This document shows, piece by piece, positions 44,196 to 54,514 of a stretch of 64,000 nucleotides of DNA (positions are counted from its first letter, which is position 1; every line of letters starts with the position of its first letter). Under the pieces are notes generated by a model. It was not told the DNA's origin and did not search any database. It worked only from the letters and a program-made list of their open reading frames with translations. The position numbers and the translations under genes were made by a program. The stretch lies in sequence record NC_134263.1; one strand, written 5' to 3'. This stretch comes from Escherichia phage T5_ev219.

Positions 44196-44961
44196 GTCTT
44201 GGGGCGAAACTACTGGCGGTTCTAACGATAAAATCGAATTCCTGAAGTTCAACAACGGTATCACTCGTGTTCGTATCGTTTCTGGTGTTCTTCCACGTTA
44301 TGTCTATTGGCTGACTAATAAAGAGGGTAGCGTAGCTCCTTTCGAATGTCTCCGTTTTAACCGCGACAAAGAGAGCTTTGTTCGTGGTAAAGCTGACCCG
44401 GTTCATGAGATGGGCTTCTTTGAGAAAGAGCTGGATAAAGATGGCAATCGTGTTCCGCTGAAACCGAAGAAAAACTATATCGCTTTTGTTATCGACCGTT
44501 CTGATAACAAACTGAAAGTAATGGAAGTCAAAGCTACTATTCTGAAAGGCATCCAGTCTATCATGAAGCAGTTGAATCTGGCAACTCCGTTTGATATTGA
44601 TATTTCTATCGAGAAAAAAGGCAAAGGTTTCGATACTGAGTATGATGTACAGCAGATTGCTGCTATGCAGTTCCAGATTAAGCTGCAAGATCCTAACAGT
44701 GCGGAATCTAAGCAATATGCTGCGGATGTAGATCTGATTGGTGAAGCTATGTGTGACGAAGATGGCGACATCATTAAGTTCGAGAAAGTTCCTTCTCTGG
44801 AACAAACCTATCCAGTTCCTACCTATGAAGAGCAGAAAGAAGCAATTCAAGCCTTCATGGAAGGTCGTGAGAATAAAGATGATGATGCCAAATCTGGTAA
44901 CAGCAATGCTGGTTCCCAGAAAGGTATTGACTCAGAAGCTGCAAGCGATCTGGACGACTAA
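44188..44961 (+). CDS. putative single-stranded DNA-binding protein (acidic C-terminal tail)
   Basis: Position within replication module, highly optimised codons, C-terminal DSEAASDLDD tail typical of phage SSBs; no motif-level proof. Confidence 0.4.
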   Translation: MAKSWGETTGGSNDKIEFLKFNNGITRVRIVSGVLPRYVYWLTNKEGSVAPFECLRFNRDKESFVRGKADPVHEMGFFEKELDKDGNRVPLKPKKNYIAFVIDRSDNKLKVMEVKATILKGIQSIMKQLNLATPFDIDISIEKKGKGFDTEYDVQQIAAMQFQIKLQDPNSAESKQYAADVDLIGEAMCDEDGDIIKFEKVPSLEQTYPVPTYEEQKEAIQAFMEGRENKDDDAKSGNSNAGSQKGIDSEAASDLDD

Positions 44962-44967
44962 TAAATA

Positions 44968-44992
44968 GAGGGGCTTCGGCCCCTTTCTTTTT
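44968..44992 (+). terminator. rho-independent terminator
   Basis: Hairpin GAGGGGC-ttcg-GCCCCT followed by TTCTTTTT. Confidence 0.7.
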
Positions 44993-44997
44993 AACCA

Positions 44998-45974
44998 ATG
45001 AGAATATTATTTAGTGCTGATCATCATATCAAACTAGGACAAGATAAAGTTCCAAAGGAATGGCAGAAGCGTCGTTTCCTGATGCTAGGAGAACGGTTAA
45101 ATGATATATTCCATAATCATAACTGTGATCTTCATATTGCTGGTGGTGATATTCTTGATGTTGCCGACCCGTCGTCAGAAGAAATAGAACTGCTTGAACA
45201 GTTCATGTCAAGACTTGACCACCCAGGTAAAATCTTTACTGGAAATCATGAAATGTTAACTAAAACGATTTCATGTCTATATCATTATGCAGGAGTTATA
45301 ATAAGGTAACGAGTGGTAAGTGGGAAGTAATTACCAAACCATATCGTTCCCCTGAATTTGATATTGTTCCGTATGATGAGATCCATAAATCCAAATGGAA
45401 ACCGTCTGAATCAAAACTATGTTTCACGCATGTTCGTGGTGAAATCCCTCCACATGTAAAACCAGAAATTGATCTAACTAAGTATAACTGTTATGATACT
45501 GTAATTGCTGGCGATTTACATTCTTATACTAATAGCCAGACTATCGGATCTACTAGACTTCTCTACCCAGGGTCTCCATTAACTACAACGTTCCATAGAG
45601 AACGCACAAAAGGTACAAATGGTTGCTTTATCGTTGATACCGACACATTAAAAGTAGAATGGATTGAACTAGGTGATTTACCACAACTGATTCGTAAAAC
45701 AATCGGAGCCGGTGAAGAGATGGAACCTAGTGATTATGATCGTGTAGTCTATGAAGTTACTGGTGACGTTGTTCAATTAAAGTCTATCAAAGACTCTGAT
45801 TTATTAGATAAGAAGATTAACCATCGAGTTACTAAAGACGCTAAGTTAAATCTTGTTGATCTTGATATGTTAGGTGAACTTGAACTTTACTTCCGTGAAG
45901 TCGAGAAGCTATCTCAAGGCGACATTGATAGAATCTTGGCTAGAGCTGCGAAATATGTCAAAGATTACAATTAA
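44998..45974 (+). pseudogene. SbcD/Mre11-like nuclease split across two frames (possible frameshift)
   Basis: Frame 1 (44998..45309) carries phosphoesterase motifs I-III (DHH, GGDILD, GNHE); frame 0 (45273..45974) carries downstream HVRGE and GDLH motifs; frames switch near 45260-45310. Confidence 0.55.
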
Positions 45975-47793
45975 GACACTAAAATTTAGTAACGTTATGT
46001 CTTACGGTAAGGACATCGTAATTCATTTCGATAAGAATCCAGTTACTCAACTAATTGGTGGCAATGGGCTGGGGAAATCCACCATCGCTACGGTTATCGA
46101 GGAATTGTTTTATAACAAGAACTCACGTGGTATTAAGAAGGATGCTCTGTTCTCCTGGTCTACTCCGAAAAAAGAGTATGATATGCACGCTTACTTCTCA
46201 AAAGATGAAGATGAGTATGAATTGCATAAAGTAGTTAAATCCACTGCTAAAGTAACCCTTATTAAGAATGGAGAGGATATTAGTGGACACACGGCAACCC
46301 AAACATACAAGATGATTGAAGAGATTATGGGTGGTGACTTCCAAACATTCACCAAACTGATTTATCAATCGGTGGGTTCCAATCTAGATTTTCTAAAGGC
46401 AACGGATGCAACACGTAAGGCTTTTCTTGTTAACTTGTTCAATCAAGAACAGTACAAAGAAATGTCAGAAACTATTAAGGCTGATCGTAAAGAAATAGCA
46501 AATACCTTAAATAATTTGCAGGGCCAAATGGCTGTAATTACGAAAATCCTTAATGGAAAGAATAATCTGGGAACTTTGCAGGAACCTGTAGAAGTACCGG
46601 AGTTTGATGAAGAGCCATTAGCACAAGAACTTACTGAATCGAAAATTAAGGCGGCATTAGCCAAGTCTCAAGAGGCTAATATTACTAAATTGCGTAATTT
46701 GGACAAAGCTGTACAAGTTGCCGAACAATCTTTCGAACCTTTCAAAAATTTACCCGCGCCCACCGACCAAAATGAAGAGATCTCGAGTGTTACGCGTGAC
46801 CTAACGATTGTGACCTCACGTGCGGGCGAAGTTAAGAAACGTTATCAGAAGTTCAAGCAAGAGGCTTCAAATACTGAATGCCCTACTTGTGGTACTCATC
46901 TAGATACAACTGCTGCTCAAAAAGCAATGGATATGGCTAGAATAGAATATGATCCTTTGTTCAACGAGAAGCAATCTCTTGAAGCTAAGCTAGAACAGTT
47001 GAAGAAAGAACAACTTGAGTACGTTGCGTATACTAGAGCAAAGGATGCTTTGGATAAAGCAGTGGTAGCTAGAGACGAGTTCAAAAATTCAATGAGTGAT
47101 GCTTCTTTTGAAGAACTCAATGTGCAAATCCTACAGGTGCAAATCCGACAATTAGAACAGGAAATCGCTGATGGCCGCTCTAAGGTTGCAATTGCTAAAG
47201 AGCATAATGCAAATGTCGAATTAGCCAATGCAAAATATAAAGCGAAACTAGAACAGATTGAGAAAGCTGAGGCAGAAATGTCTGAGATTACTTCCAAACT
47301 GGATGAGGTATCAGAAGCTGTTGCTGATCTCGATATTCTGATTGCTGCTTTGAAAAATCTGGTGGGATATAAACTAGAGCATAGTGTGAAAGTATTTGAA
47401 GAACTAATTAATAAATACCTTTCTATTATGACTGGTGGTAAATTTGCACTTGGATTTGAACTTGATGAAACAAAATTACAAGTAGTAATCTTCAATGATG
47501 GAAACCGTACCAGTATGGAGAATTGCTCTACTGGTCAGCAAAGTCGAATCAACCTAGCAACTCTGTTAGCTATTCGAATGCTACTAACATCTATTAGTAA
47601 AGTTAATATTAATCTTCTATTCCTTGATGAAGTAATTAGCTTTATTGATACAAAAGGACTTGATACTCTAGTTGAATTATTAAATGAGGAAGAAAGCCTA
47701 AATTCTATCATTGTTTCTCACGGGCATACGCATCCATTAGCCCATAAGATTACTGTTAAAAAAGATGCAGAAGGATTTTCCTACTTAGAATAA
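45955..47793 (+). CDS. SbcC/Rad50-like ATPase
   Basis: Walker A GGNGLGKST, long coiled coil, zinc hook CPTCG, Walker B LLFLDEV; start at MSKITIKT. Confidence 0.8.
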   Translation: MSKITIKTLKFSNVMSYGKDIVIHFDKNPVTQLIGGNGLGKSTIATVIEELFYNKNSRGIKKDALFSWSTPKKEYDMHAYFSKDEDEYELHKVVKSTAKVTLIKNGEDISGHTATQTYKMIEEIMGGDFQTFTKLIYQSVGSNLDFLKATDATRKAFLVNLFNQEQYKEMSETIKADRKEIANTLNNLQGQMAVITKILNGKNNLGTLQEPVEVPEFDEEPLAQELTESKIKAALAKSQEANITKLRNLDKAVQVAEQSFEPFKNLPAPTDQNEEISSVTRDLTIVTSRAGEVKKRYQKFKQEASNTECPTCGTHLDTTAAQKAMDMARIEYDPLFNEKQSLEAKLEQLKKEQLEYVAYTRAKDALDKAVVARDEFKNSMSDASFEELNVQILQVQIRQLEQEIADGRSKVAIAKEHNANVELANAKYKAKLEQIEKAEAEMSEITSKLDEVSEAVADLDILIAALKNLVGYKLEHSVKVFEELINKYLSIMTGGKFALGFELDETKLQVVIFNDGNRTSMENCSTGQQSRINLATLLAIRMLLTSISKVNINLLFLDEVISFIDTKGLDTLVELLNEEESLNSIIVSHGHTHPLAHKITVKKDAEGFSYLE

Positions 47794-47796
47794 AAC

Positions 47797-48279
47797 ATGG
47801 CTGTAGATAGTAGAGAGAAAGGTAAACGTGGTGAATATCAGGTAAGAGATATTCTACGTGAGCGCACAGGTCTTGAGTGGGAACGTGTTCCTGGCTCTGG
47901 TGCTTTTGGCCAGAGCCATGGACTAAAGGGTGACATTTACCTTCCCCCACAAAGTGGACATATTAGTAAATACTGCTTCGAAGTTAAGTGGTATAAAGAT
48001 GATAATATATCAAGTAATTTATTTAATGTTGGTGAATCCACTCTAGAGAAATGGTGGCAGCAGTGCTCACGTGAAGGTGAGCAGATGAACTCCAAACCTG
48101 CATTAATATTCAAAAAAGACAGAGGACAGTGGTTAATAGCTTTGGATAGCTCAGACCCGATGGTTGACAACTTAATGAGTCGTACCCATATGGTGTTAAA
48201 TAAGAAAGGCATGGAAATCGTAATCGGTTTATTTGAGCCGTGGCTACATAATGCATCTGTTGAGGACTTAATTAAATAA
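47797..48279 (+). CDS. putative PD-(D/E)xK-type nuclease (resolvase-like)
   Basis: KGKRGEYQVRDIL...GDIY...FEVK pattern resembles Hjc/RecU-type active site (G..E...D...E.K). Confidence 0.4.
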   Translation: MAVDSREKGKRGEYQVRDILRERTGLEWERVPGSGAFGQSHGLKGDIYLPPQSGHISKYCFEVKWYKDDNISSNLFNVGESTLEKWWQQCSREGEQMNSKPALIFKKDRGQWLIALDSSDPMVDNLMSRTHMVLNKKGMEIVIGLFEPWLHNASVEDLIK

Positions 48280-49154
48280 TGAGTAAATCCTGGGGAAAAT
48301 TTATTGAAGAAGAGGAAGCTGAAATGGCTTCCCGTCGTAACCTAATGATTGTTGATGGAACTAACTTAGGTTTTCGATTTAAGCATAACAACAGTAAAAA
48401 ACCATTTGCCTCAAGTTATGTTTCAACTATTCAATCTCTGGCAAAATCCTACTCTGCAAGAACTACGATTGTTCTAGGTGATAAGGGGAAATCTGTATTT
48501 CGCCTAGAACATCTACCAGAGTATAAAGGCAATCGTGATGAAAAGTATGCACAACGTACAGAAGAAGAGAAAGCACTGGACGAACAGTTCTTTGAGTATT
48601 TGAAAGATGCTTTCGAGTTGTGTGAAACTACATTCCCAACTTTTACCATTCGTGGCGTAGAAGCAGATGATATGGCGGCTTATATTGTTAAACTCATTGG
48701 GCATCTATATGATCATGTTTGGTTGATTTCTACCGATGGTGACTGGGATACGTTATTAACGGATAAAGTTTCTAGATTTTCTTTTACTACACGTCGTGAG
48801 TATCATCTTCGTGATATGTATGAACATCATAATGTTGATGATGTTGAGCAGTTTATCTCCCTGAAAGCAATTATGGGTGATCTAGGGGATAATATTCGTG
48901 GCGTTGAAGGTATTGGGGCAAAACGCGGATATAATATTATTCGTGAGTTTGGTAACGTACTAGATATTATTGATCAGCTTCCACTGCCTGGAAAACAGAA
49001 ATATATACAGAATCTGAATGCATCGGAAGAACTGCTTTTCCGAAACTTGATTCTGGTTGACTTACCGACGTATTGTGTAGATGCTATTGCTGCCGCAGGG
49101 CAAGATGTATTAGATAAATTTACAAAAGATATTTTGGAGATTGCAGGACAATGA
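48279..49154 (+). CDS. flap endonuclease / 5-prime to 3-prime exonuclease
   Basis: N-terminal LMIVDGTNLGFR, central acidic cluster GVEADD, H3TH region GIGAKRG. Confidence 0.85.
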   Translation: MSKSWGKFIEEEEAEMASRRNLMIVDGTNLGFRFKHNNSKKPFASSYVSTIQSLAKSYSARTTIVLGDKGKSVFRLEHLPEYKGNRDEKYAQRTEEEKALDEQFFEYLKDAFELCETTFPTFTIRGVEADDMAAYIVKLIGHLYDHVWLISTDGDWDTLLTDKVSRFSFTTRREYHLRDMYEHHNVDDVEQFISLKAIMGDLGDNIRGVEGIGAKRGYNIIREFGNVLDIIDQLPLPGKQKYIQNLNASEELLFRNLILVDLPTYCVDAIAAAGQDVLDKFTKDILEIAGQ

Positions 49155-49597
49155 TTAAAATTAAATTAACTCACCCAGATTGTATGCCTAAGATTGGTTC
49201 CGAAGATGCCGCAGGTATGGATCTGCGAGCATTCTTTGGTACGAACCCTGCCGCAGATTTACGTGCTATTGCACCGGGCAAATCCTTAATGATTGACACC
49301 GGTGTCGCGGTGGAAATTCCGCGAGGTTGGTTCGGTTTGGTAGTTCCGCGTAGTTCTTTAGGAAAGCGCCATTTGATGATTGCAAACACCGCAGGTGTGA
49401 TCGACTCAGATTATCGTGGGACTATTAAGATGAACCTGTTTAACTACGGTTCTGAAATTCAAACATTAGAAAATTTCGAGAGACTTTGTCAGCTAGTGGT
49501 ACTACCACACTATTCAACTCGTAATTTTGAAATAGTTGACGAACTAGAGGAGACTATTCGTGGAGAAGGTGGATTTGGAAGCTCAGGAAGCAAGTAA
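49151..49597 (+). CDS. dut: dUTP diphosphatase
   Basis: dUTPase motifs AAGMDLRA, RSS, GVIDSDYRG, C-terminal RGEGGFGSSG. Confidence 0.85.
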   Translation: MIKIKLTHPDCMPKIGSEDAAGMDLRAFFGTNPAADLRAIAPGKSLMIDTGVAVEIPRGWFGLVVPRSSLGKRHLMIANTAGVIDSDYRGTIKMNLFNYGSEIQTLENFERLCQLVVLPHYSTRNFEIVDELEETIRGEGGFGSSGSK

Positions 49598-49606
49598 TCT
49601 ACATAT

Positions 49607-49656
49607 AAAATAAATAATAAACCCCAGTGGATTTTGTCCACTGGGGTTTTCTTTTA
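49607..49656. terminator. bidirectional rho-independent terminator between convergent early and late blocks
   Basis: Hairpin ACCCCAGTGG-attttgt-CCACTGGGGT flanked by A-run upstream and T-run downstream. Confidence 0.7.
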
Positions 49657-51375
49657 TTGTGATACTAATTGTACCTTTAATTGCTCAAGCTCTTTCTCTA
49701 GATCTTCAATCCGTTTAATAAGATCTTGCACAACATGCATAGTGTCAAGAAGCATTGGAGTTGTATCTAATTCCTTTTGCTCCTGCTCTATTCCGTCATC
49801 ATTATAAAATTTTCTAGTTTTTACATAAAGTGGTTCTATAGTCTCTACTTGCTGAGCAATAACCCCACGTCGAACACGAGATTTTTCATCGTTATTATAT
49901 ACAAAGGATTGGAATTCTAATCCTTTTAATACCTCGATGGACTTAGTTGCGTCTATAGCCTTAATATCATGCTTTAAGCGAGAATCAGATACAGCATTTA
50001 ATTGCAAAGTATAGGTTGCTGAAGCACCAGGCCACCAAGAATAAAAATAAATACTATTATTATTCGGCTGAATTTTTAAACGCACACCAAATTTATTATC
50101 ATCATCTCCCGCTACCTGCCAACAAGAATCTGCAAATGAGCCTAAGTCATTATGAATTAATCCAAAATGTGCAGATGTCTTATACCCTGCGGAAGAAGAC
50201 TGGGAACCGCTCAATATACTATTAAAGTTAAATGTACTACCTATATTGACCTCGTTCTGAGAAAGAGTACCTTGTACACAGCCAGTCTGAGACCACGCCA
50301 TGCCAGTAACTAATCTAGCTTTAAAACGATCCGTTACAAAATCCCCATTATCTACAAGCTGGGCGGAATTCGATTTACCGGTAGATTTATTGTCTATTAG
50401 TAGTTCAGTAGAGTAGGTGCCACCAATAGTAGCTTTAGCTCGTAGTGTACTTACAGCCTCACTACTAGTACCTACTTTATACTCAGATAGTACACTCCCG
50501 CCATAAACAGTAGTACCAGTATTAGGTTTGACAGCATCACCACTAATAACACTCCACGATGTATTCGCAGCAACGAACCCGCCTGATGCGCGGATTACCC
50601 AGACGCCGACGAAGTTGCGCCCCATAATTTCATCAGCGCATCTTCCGTATACCGCACTACTTCCCGCAGCATTTAACGAAAGGCGTTGCGTACCTAAGTT
50701 TGTGCCAGGCTGCGCACCCACAACGGCATCTCCTTGACTCGAATAGCTAAATGCGCCATTAGCGCCGTAAGCTATAATGCCACCTGCATCACCCGTGATG
50801 TTGGGAGCGCCTGAATCGAACACTAGACCATCAGCATTTGAGTTTGCCGTGCCACTTCCTGCACCGTCGCCACGCCCATAAAGAGCGGCTAATGAACCGA
50901 CTTGAACGCCGTTACGGTCTGGAACGCGGAATGTAGTTGATCCGTCACCCTTAGAATACTTGCCGCGCTGAAATTTATCAGCCAGCCATTTAGAATCATC
51001 TATAGCACCCACCATTTGAGCGTAAGCCCAAAGCTCCGGCCAGTCAGCCCTGTTAAGAAGCTGCCCATCAGAAACTACCTCATAAGGTTGAATATACGCA
51101 CGGCTATCGCGAAGGTGGAAATCACCTACACCGTAATTCATAACACCATTCATAGTGGGACCGACTGTACCGGTGTTAATCTTATTCTCTACCCAACGTT
51201 TAGTTGCGGCATCATAGTCCCCAACAGGATCTCCCGCAAGAGGGGTGGACCCAATAGGACGCACATTTAACCATGCTGCTGCACGGTCTGCTAAGTCACT
51301 TAAATTATTATTCTTGTTAAGTGACTCATTTTTAAGTTTTGTAATATCCGTAGGAATTACTGTTTTAGTTACCAT
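49654..51375 (-). CDS. distal tail fibre protein with phage tail-collar domain and C-terminal S74-type intramolecular chaperone
   Basis: Tail-collar-like WPELWAYAQMVGAIDD...GSTTFRVPDRNG; C-terminal SDSRLKHDIKAIDATKSIEVLKGLEFQSFVYNND...GVIAQQV chaperone signature. Confidence 0.7.
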   Translation of the reverse strand: MVTKTVIPTDITKLKNESLNKNNNLSDLADRAAAWLNVRPIGSTPLAGDPVGDYDAATKRWVENKINTGTVGPTMNGVMNYGVGDFHLRDSRAYIQPYEVVSDGQLLNRADWPELWAYAQMVGAIDDSKWLADKFQRGKYSKGDGSTTFRVPDRNGVQVGSLAALYGRGDGAGSGTANSNADGLVFDSGAPNITGDAGGIIAYGANGAFSYSSQGDAVVGAQPGTNLGTQRLSLNAAGSSAVYGRCADEIMGRNFVGVWVIRASGGFVAANTSWSVISGDAVKPNTGTTVYGGSVLSEYKVGTSSEAVSTLRAKATIGGTYSTELLIDNKSTGKSNSAQLVDNGDFVTDRFKARLVTGMAWSQTGCVQGTLSQNEVNIGSTFNFNSILSGSQSSSAGYKTSAHFGLIHNDLGSFADSCWQVAGDDDNKFGVRLKIQPNNNSIYFYSWWPGASATYTLQLNAVSDSRLKHDIKAIDATKSIEVLKGLEFQSFVYNNDEKSRVRRGVIAQQVETIEPLYVKTRKFYNDDGIEQEQKELDTTPMLLDTMHVVQDLIKRIEDLEKELEQLKVQLVSQ

Positions 51376-51384
51376 TATAAAACC

Positions 51385-51663
51385 TTACGCCCACTCTCTA
51401 AGAGGCTGTTCCAACTGAACTATAAAAGGCTCAAAGTATTCATAAGTAAAGGATTCACCAAGAATCCTTACATTAACATAGTATCCTTCATTACGGGTGT
51501 ATCTAGGTTCCTCATCGCCTGGTGCGGAGATTTCAGTATAAGTATAGCCAATCTCGTCCAGGATAAACATATCTCGTAACTCTTCATTTTCTTGCCAGTT
51601 TATTCCAACTAAGAAATTTTTATATTCGTTCTTGTCTTTAAATTTTAATATTATATCTTTCAT
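51385..51663 (-). CDS. hypothetical protein (92 aa) inside fibre locus
   Basis: ORF between the two fibre genes. Confidence 0.45.
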   Translation of the reverse strand: MKDIILKFKDKNEYKNFLVGINWQENEELRDMFILDEIGYTYTEISAPGDEEPRYTRNEGYYVNVRILGESFTYEYFEPFIVQLEQPLREWA

Positions 51664-54086
51664 ACAGACTCCCTCATTTGACGATCCGTTAATTCTTTAT
51701 GCCAGATTCTAAAATTTCTGACATGCCCGAAAAGATGTTTCCCACCATCTGCACTTATGCCGCCGATACGAAGATTTTTAGAAAAACCAGCTTTCCATGT
51801 TGTTTTCACAGGCGTACCGAACACAGCGTTTGTTACGCATCTTAATTCTGAGCTTTTGTTGCAAACAAAACCCGTCACCATTTTCCCGCTTGTTTTTGTT
51901 GATACTGGCGTAAATGACTGACTGACCCCCAACTGAGAATAAGGCAGCGGCTCTACTGTATCGCTTGATGGAACCCTGAAAGCAACTAATAACTGGTCTT
52001 CTGGTGCATTTGCTACATGTACTATCCTTGGTGCTGAGTTTGGGGCTATATCCCAATTTCTATTTACCTCAACAAGTAGACTTAACGGTATAGAGGATGG
52101 TTGATTGCAATCAGTTGGTATTAGGACCATGTCACTAGCTCTTGTGGCGGGCGTACTGCTTGTAATTATGAACGATGAAGCGCATGACCCTTTTTCAATT
52201 TGCGGAGTAGTCACCTCAACAAAACTAGAATCATCATAAGTGGCATCGGCTTTTTGCACAATCTGAATTCCACCGTTAATATATGCTGAGTTATCTGTAA
52301 CTTTATAAACAACCTCTATAGCAACCCATTCACCATCCTGAACAACATTTTTCACAGTGATGTTAGACGCATCCTGCCCGGACGTGAATGTAGCTAGCGT
52401 GTCGCTGTCAATAAAAAGAACAGCAACAGTAGCAGGTGTTTCTCCTTTGCTAAATCTAGCAACAAATCTTAGATTATGTCCTCTTGCCCTAAACGATAGT
52501 GTAACTGCGTCATCTTTAACTACAGATATATTGTTTTGCGAGTTACCTGATATAATCCCATATGTACCAGTAGAGCCAGAGTAAACACCAGGGCCGAACG
52601 TTGCATATTTAAAACCACGATCATCGGTTTTTGTTTCACTTTTGCTTAGCCCTGAATTCGAGTTCCATAATTCTGGCGCGTTTGAATTCGCAAAATAGTT
52701 AGTTCTCTGACCTTCAATAAGCAGACCTTCTTTTTCAAAACGTGGCTCATTAATTTCTGCAATGGTAAGAGCGCCGGACTTATTGATATAGGTCGCAGTT
52801 GATGCACGAGTAAAGCTAACAATCTTGTCGCTAGGCAGTGTTATTTCCTCATCACCAACTGTTATTTTTTTATAGCCTGGTGCAAAGCCGGTGATCATAT
52901 CTAGAGAATCGTTAAACGGTATCCATACATCTGGAAGAGGTTGAATGTCGGGGGTAGAATTAGCAGCAGCTTCTGATCTATCAGCCTCAGTTTTTGAACG
53001 ATCGGCTTCAGTTTTAGCAGTATTAGCACTATTAGCAGCAGCAGTAGCCTGTTCCCCCGCTTCTGCTGCAGAATTAGCAGCATTAGTTGCAGAAGTTGCA
53101 GCTTGGTTTTTTAAAGTTGTTGTCTCAGATACCGCGCTATTCTTAATACCTTGTGTATCTGTTTTTAGTTGCTCAACATCCGCTTTTAAAGCTGTTGTCT
53201 CTGTTACAGCACTATTTTTAATGGCCTGGGTATCAGATTTTAACTGTTCTACATCCGCTTTTAAAGCTGTTGTCTCTGTTACAGCACTATTTTTAATGGC
53301 TTGGGTATCAGATTTTAACTGTTCAACATCTGATTTAAGTACTTGAATAGCAGCTACAGATTGGCTGGCAGAAGTTGCAGATCCCGCAGCATTAGTTTCA
53401 CTAGCCTTAGCTTTTGTTTCCGAGGTTTTTGCATTGGTTTCAGAGATTTTTGCCGCAGATGCCGATGCAGCAGCTTGCTCAGAGAATATTTCCGCCTCAT
53501 TCCTAAAACCGTTAGAAGCAGCAGCTGATTGAGCTGCATTAGTCTCACTGACCTTTGCATTATCCTCACTAAGTTTTGCCGCTGCAGTCGAAGCAGCAGC
53601 ATTAGTTTCACTAGCCTTTGCCTTATCCTCACTAGCTTTTGCATTAGTTTCGCTAGTTTTAGCTTTTGTTTCACTAGCTTTTGCATTAGTTTCGCTAGTT
53701 TTAGCTTTTGTTTCACTAGACTTAGCATTAGTTTCAGAGGTTTTTGCAGCTGCAGCTGATTCTGCAGATTTAGTAGCAGAAGTGGCAGACTGAGTAGCAG
53801 AGGTAGCAGATTGAGTAGCAGAAGCTTCAGAAGCTCCAGCAGAAATAGCAGCTTCCTGTTCAGAGTTCTTAGCATTAAGCTCTGAAGTCTTAGCTGCTAT
53901 TTCAGAATCTTTTGCAGCCGCAGCAGATTTAGCAGCAGCCTCTATAGAAGATACTAACTCATTAGCAGTAATAGAGCTAATAGAATTTCCAAAAGTTACT
54001 GTGTATCTAGGAAATTTACTAGCAGTAGCTTTAGTATCATCAATATTTAATATTTGTTGTACAATAATCTTAGTAGTTATTGCCAT
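51660..54086 (-). CDS. L-shaped tail fibre protein, proximal part (808 aa, A/S/T/E-rich repeats)
   Basis: Long low-complexity repeat region (SETNAKASETKAK..., ALKADVEQLKSDTQAIKNSAVTETT x3), position next to pb4/pb3-like genes. Confidence 0.65.
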   Translation of the reverse strand: MAITTKIIVQQILNIDDTKATASKFPRYTVTFGNSISSITANELVSSIEAAAKSAAAAKDSEIAAKTSELNAKNSEQEAAISAGASEASATQSATSATQSATSATKSAESAAAAKTSETNAKSSETKAKTSETNAKASETKAKTSETNAKASEDKAKASETNAAASTAAAKLSEDNAKVSETNAAQSAAASNGFRNEAEIFSEQAAASASAAKISETNAKTSETKAKASETNAAGSATSASQSVAAIQVLKSDVEQLKSDTQAIKNSAVTETTALKADVEQLKSDTQAIKNSAVTETTALKADVEQLKTDTQGIKNSAVSETTTLKNQAATSATNAANSAAEAGEQATAAANSANTAKTEADRSKTEADRSEAAANSTPDIQPLPDVWIPFNDSLDMITGFAPGYKKITVGDEEITLPSDKIVSFTRASTATYINKSGALTIAEINEPRFEKEGLLIEGQRTNYFANSNAPELWNSNSGLSKSETKTDDRGFKYATFGPGVYSGSTGTYGIISGNSQNNISVVKDDAVTLSFRARGHNLRFVARFSKGETPATVAVLFIDSDTLATFTSGQDASNITVKNVVQDGEWVAIEVVYKVTDNSAYINGGIQIVQKADATYDDSSFVEVTTPQIEKGSCASSFIITSSTPATRASDMVLIPTDCNQPSSIPLSLLVEVNRNWDIAPNSAPRIVHVANAPEDQLLVAFRVPSSDTVEPLPYSQLGVSQSFTPVSTKTSGKMVTGFVCNKSSELRCVTNAVFGTPVKTTWKAGFSKNLRIGGISADGGKHLFGHVRNFRIWHKELTDRQMRESV
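53110..53330. repeat. in-frame tandem repeat, period 69 bp, about 3 copies
   Basis: Unit CATCCGCTTTTAAAGCTGTTGTCTCTGTTACAGCACTATTTTTAATGGC(C/T)TGGGTATCAGATTTTAACTGTT repeated at 53183, 53252 with a diverged copy upstream. Confidence 0.8.
53590..53750. repeat. in-frame tandem repeat, period 42 bp (21-bp sub-unit)
   Basis: GCATTAGTTTCGCTAGTTTTAGCTTTTGTTTCACTAGCTTTT repeated at 53641 and 53683 with degenerate flanking copies. Confidence 0.75.
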
Positions 54087-54508
54087 TATCTAGTTACCCC
54101 ATCACTGATAAATACTTTACCCTCCATTATACGAAAAGAGCTAATAGCGGATCCTATGACATCTCGTGTCATAATTATATCATAATATCCTGCAAAACGT
54201 TGGCGAGGATTATATTTATCTCTCTCTTTGGTAGCTTTTTCACCAATATTATCTACCGCCTCTACAGGTAAACTTATAGCTATAGCACCTTGAGCAGCAT
54301 CAATAATTTTAGTAGTAAAAGATGCCAAAGTTTCCGCGTTCTCATCAAGCCCGGCCTTTATAGTACCCCTTAGGGAATACCCTGTTAAGTTAACAGGGGT
54401 ATTTGTAGGTGGGTAAGTACTATCATCAACATCTAAGAATTGCATCATTAGACCATAAGGTACTTTCTCATCTATCACTAGGTCTATAACTCTATTTTCA
54501 GTACTCAT
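54086..54508 (-). CDS. tail/collar protein (T5 p132-like by size and position)
   Basis: 140-aa ORF between fibre and pb4-like gene; assignment by synteny and length only. Confidence 0.45.
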   Translation of the reverse strand: MSTENRVIDLVIDEKVPYGLMMQFLDVDDSTYPPTNTPVNLTGYSLRGTIKAGLDENAETLASFTTKIIDAAQGAIAISLPVEAVDNIGEKATKERDKYNPRQRFAGYYDIIMTRDVIGSAISSFRIMEGKVFISDGVTR

Positions 54509-54514
54509 TATTTA

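Noticed and set aside
46917-47495. Minus-strand ORF of 192 aa inside SbcC-like gene
   Set aside because: Antisense to the coiled-coil region of a motif-supported gene; Ser/Cys-rich low-complexity translation.
53110-53750. Possible CRISPR array
   Set aside because: Repeats are directly tandem without unique spacers, are in-frame within a coding sequence and encode repeated peptide modules.
52945-53875. ORFs 52945..53346 (+), 53354..53875 (-), 53529..53759 (+)
   Set aside because: Alternative frames through the repeat region of the tail fibre gene; they repeat the same low-complexity units and lack RBSs.
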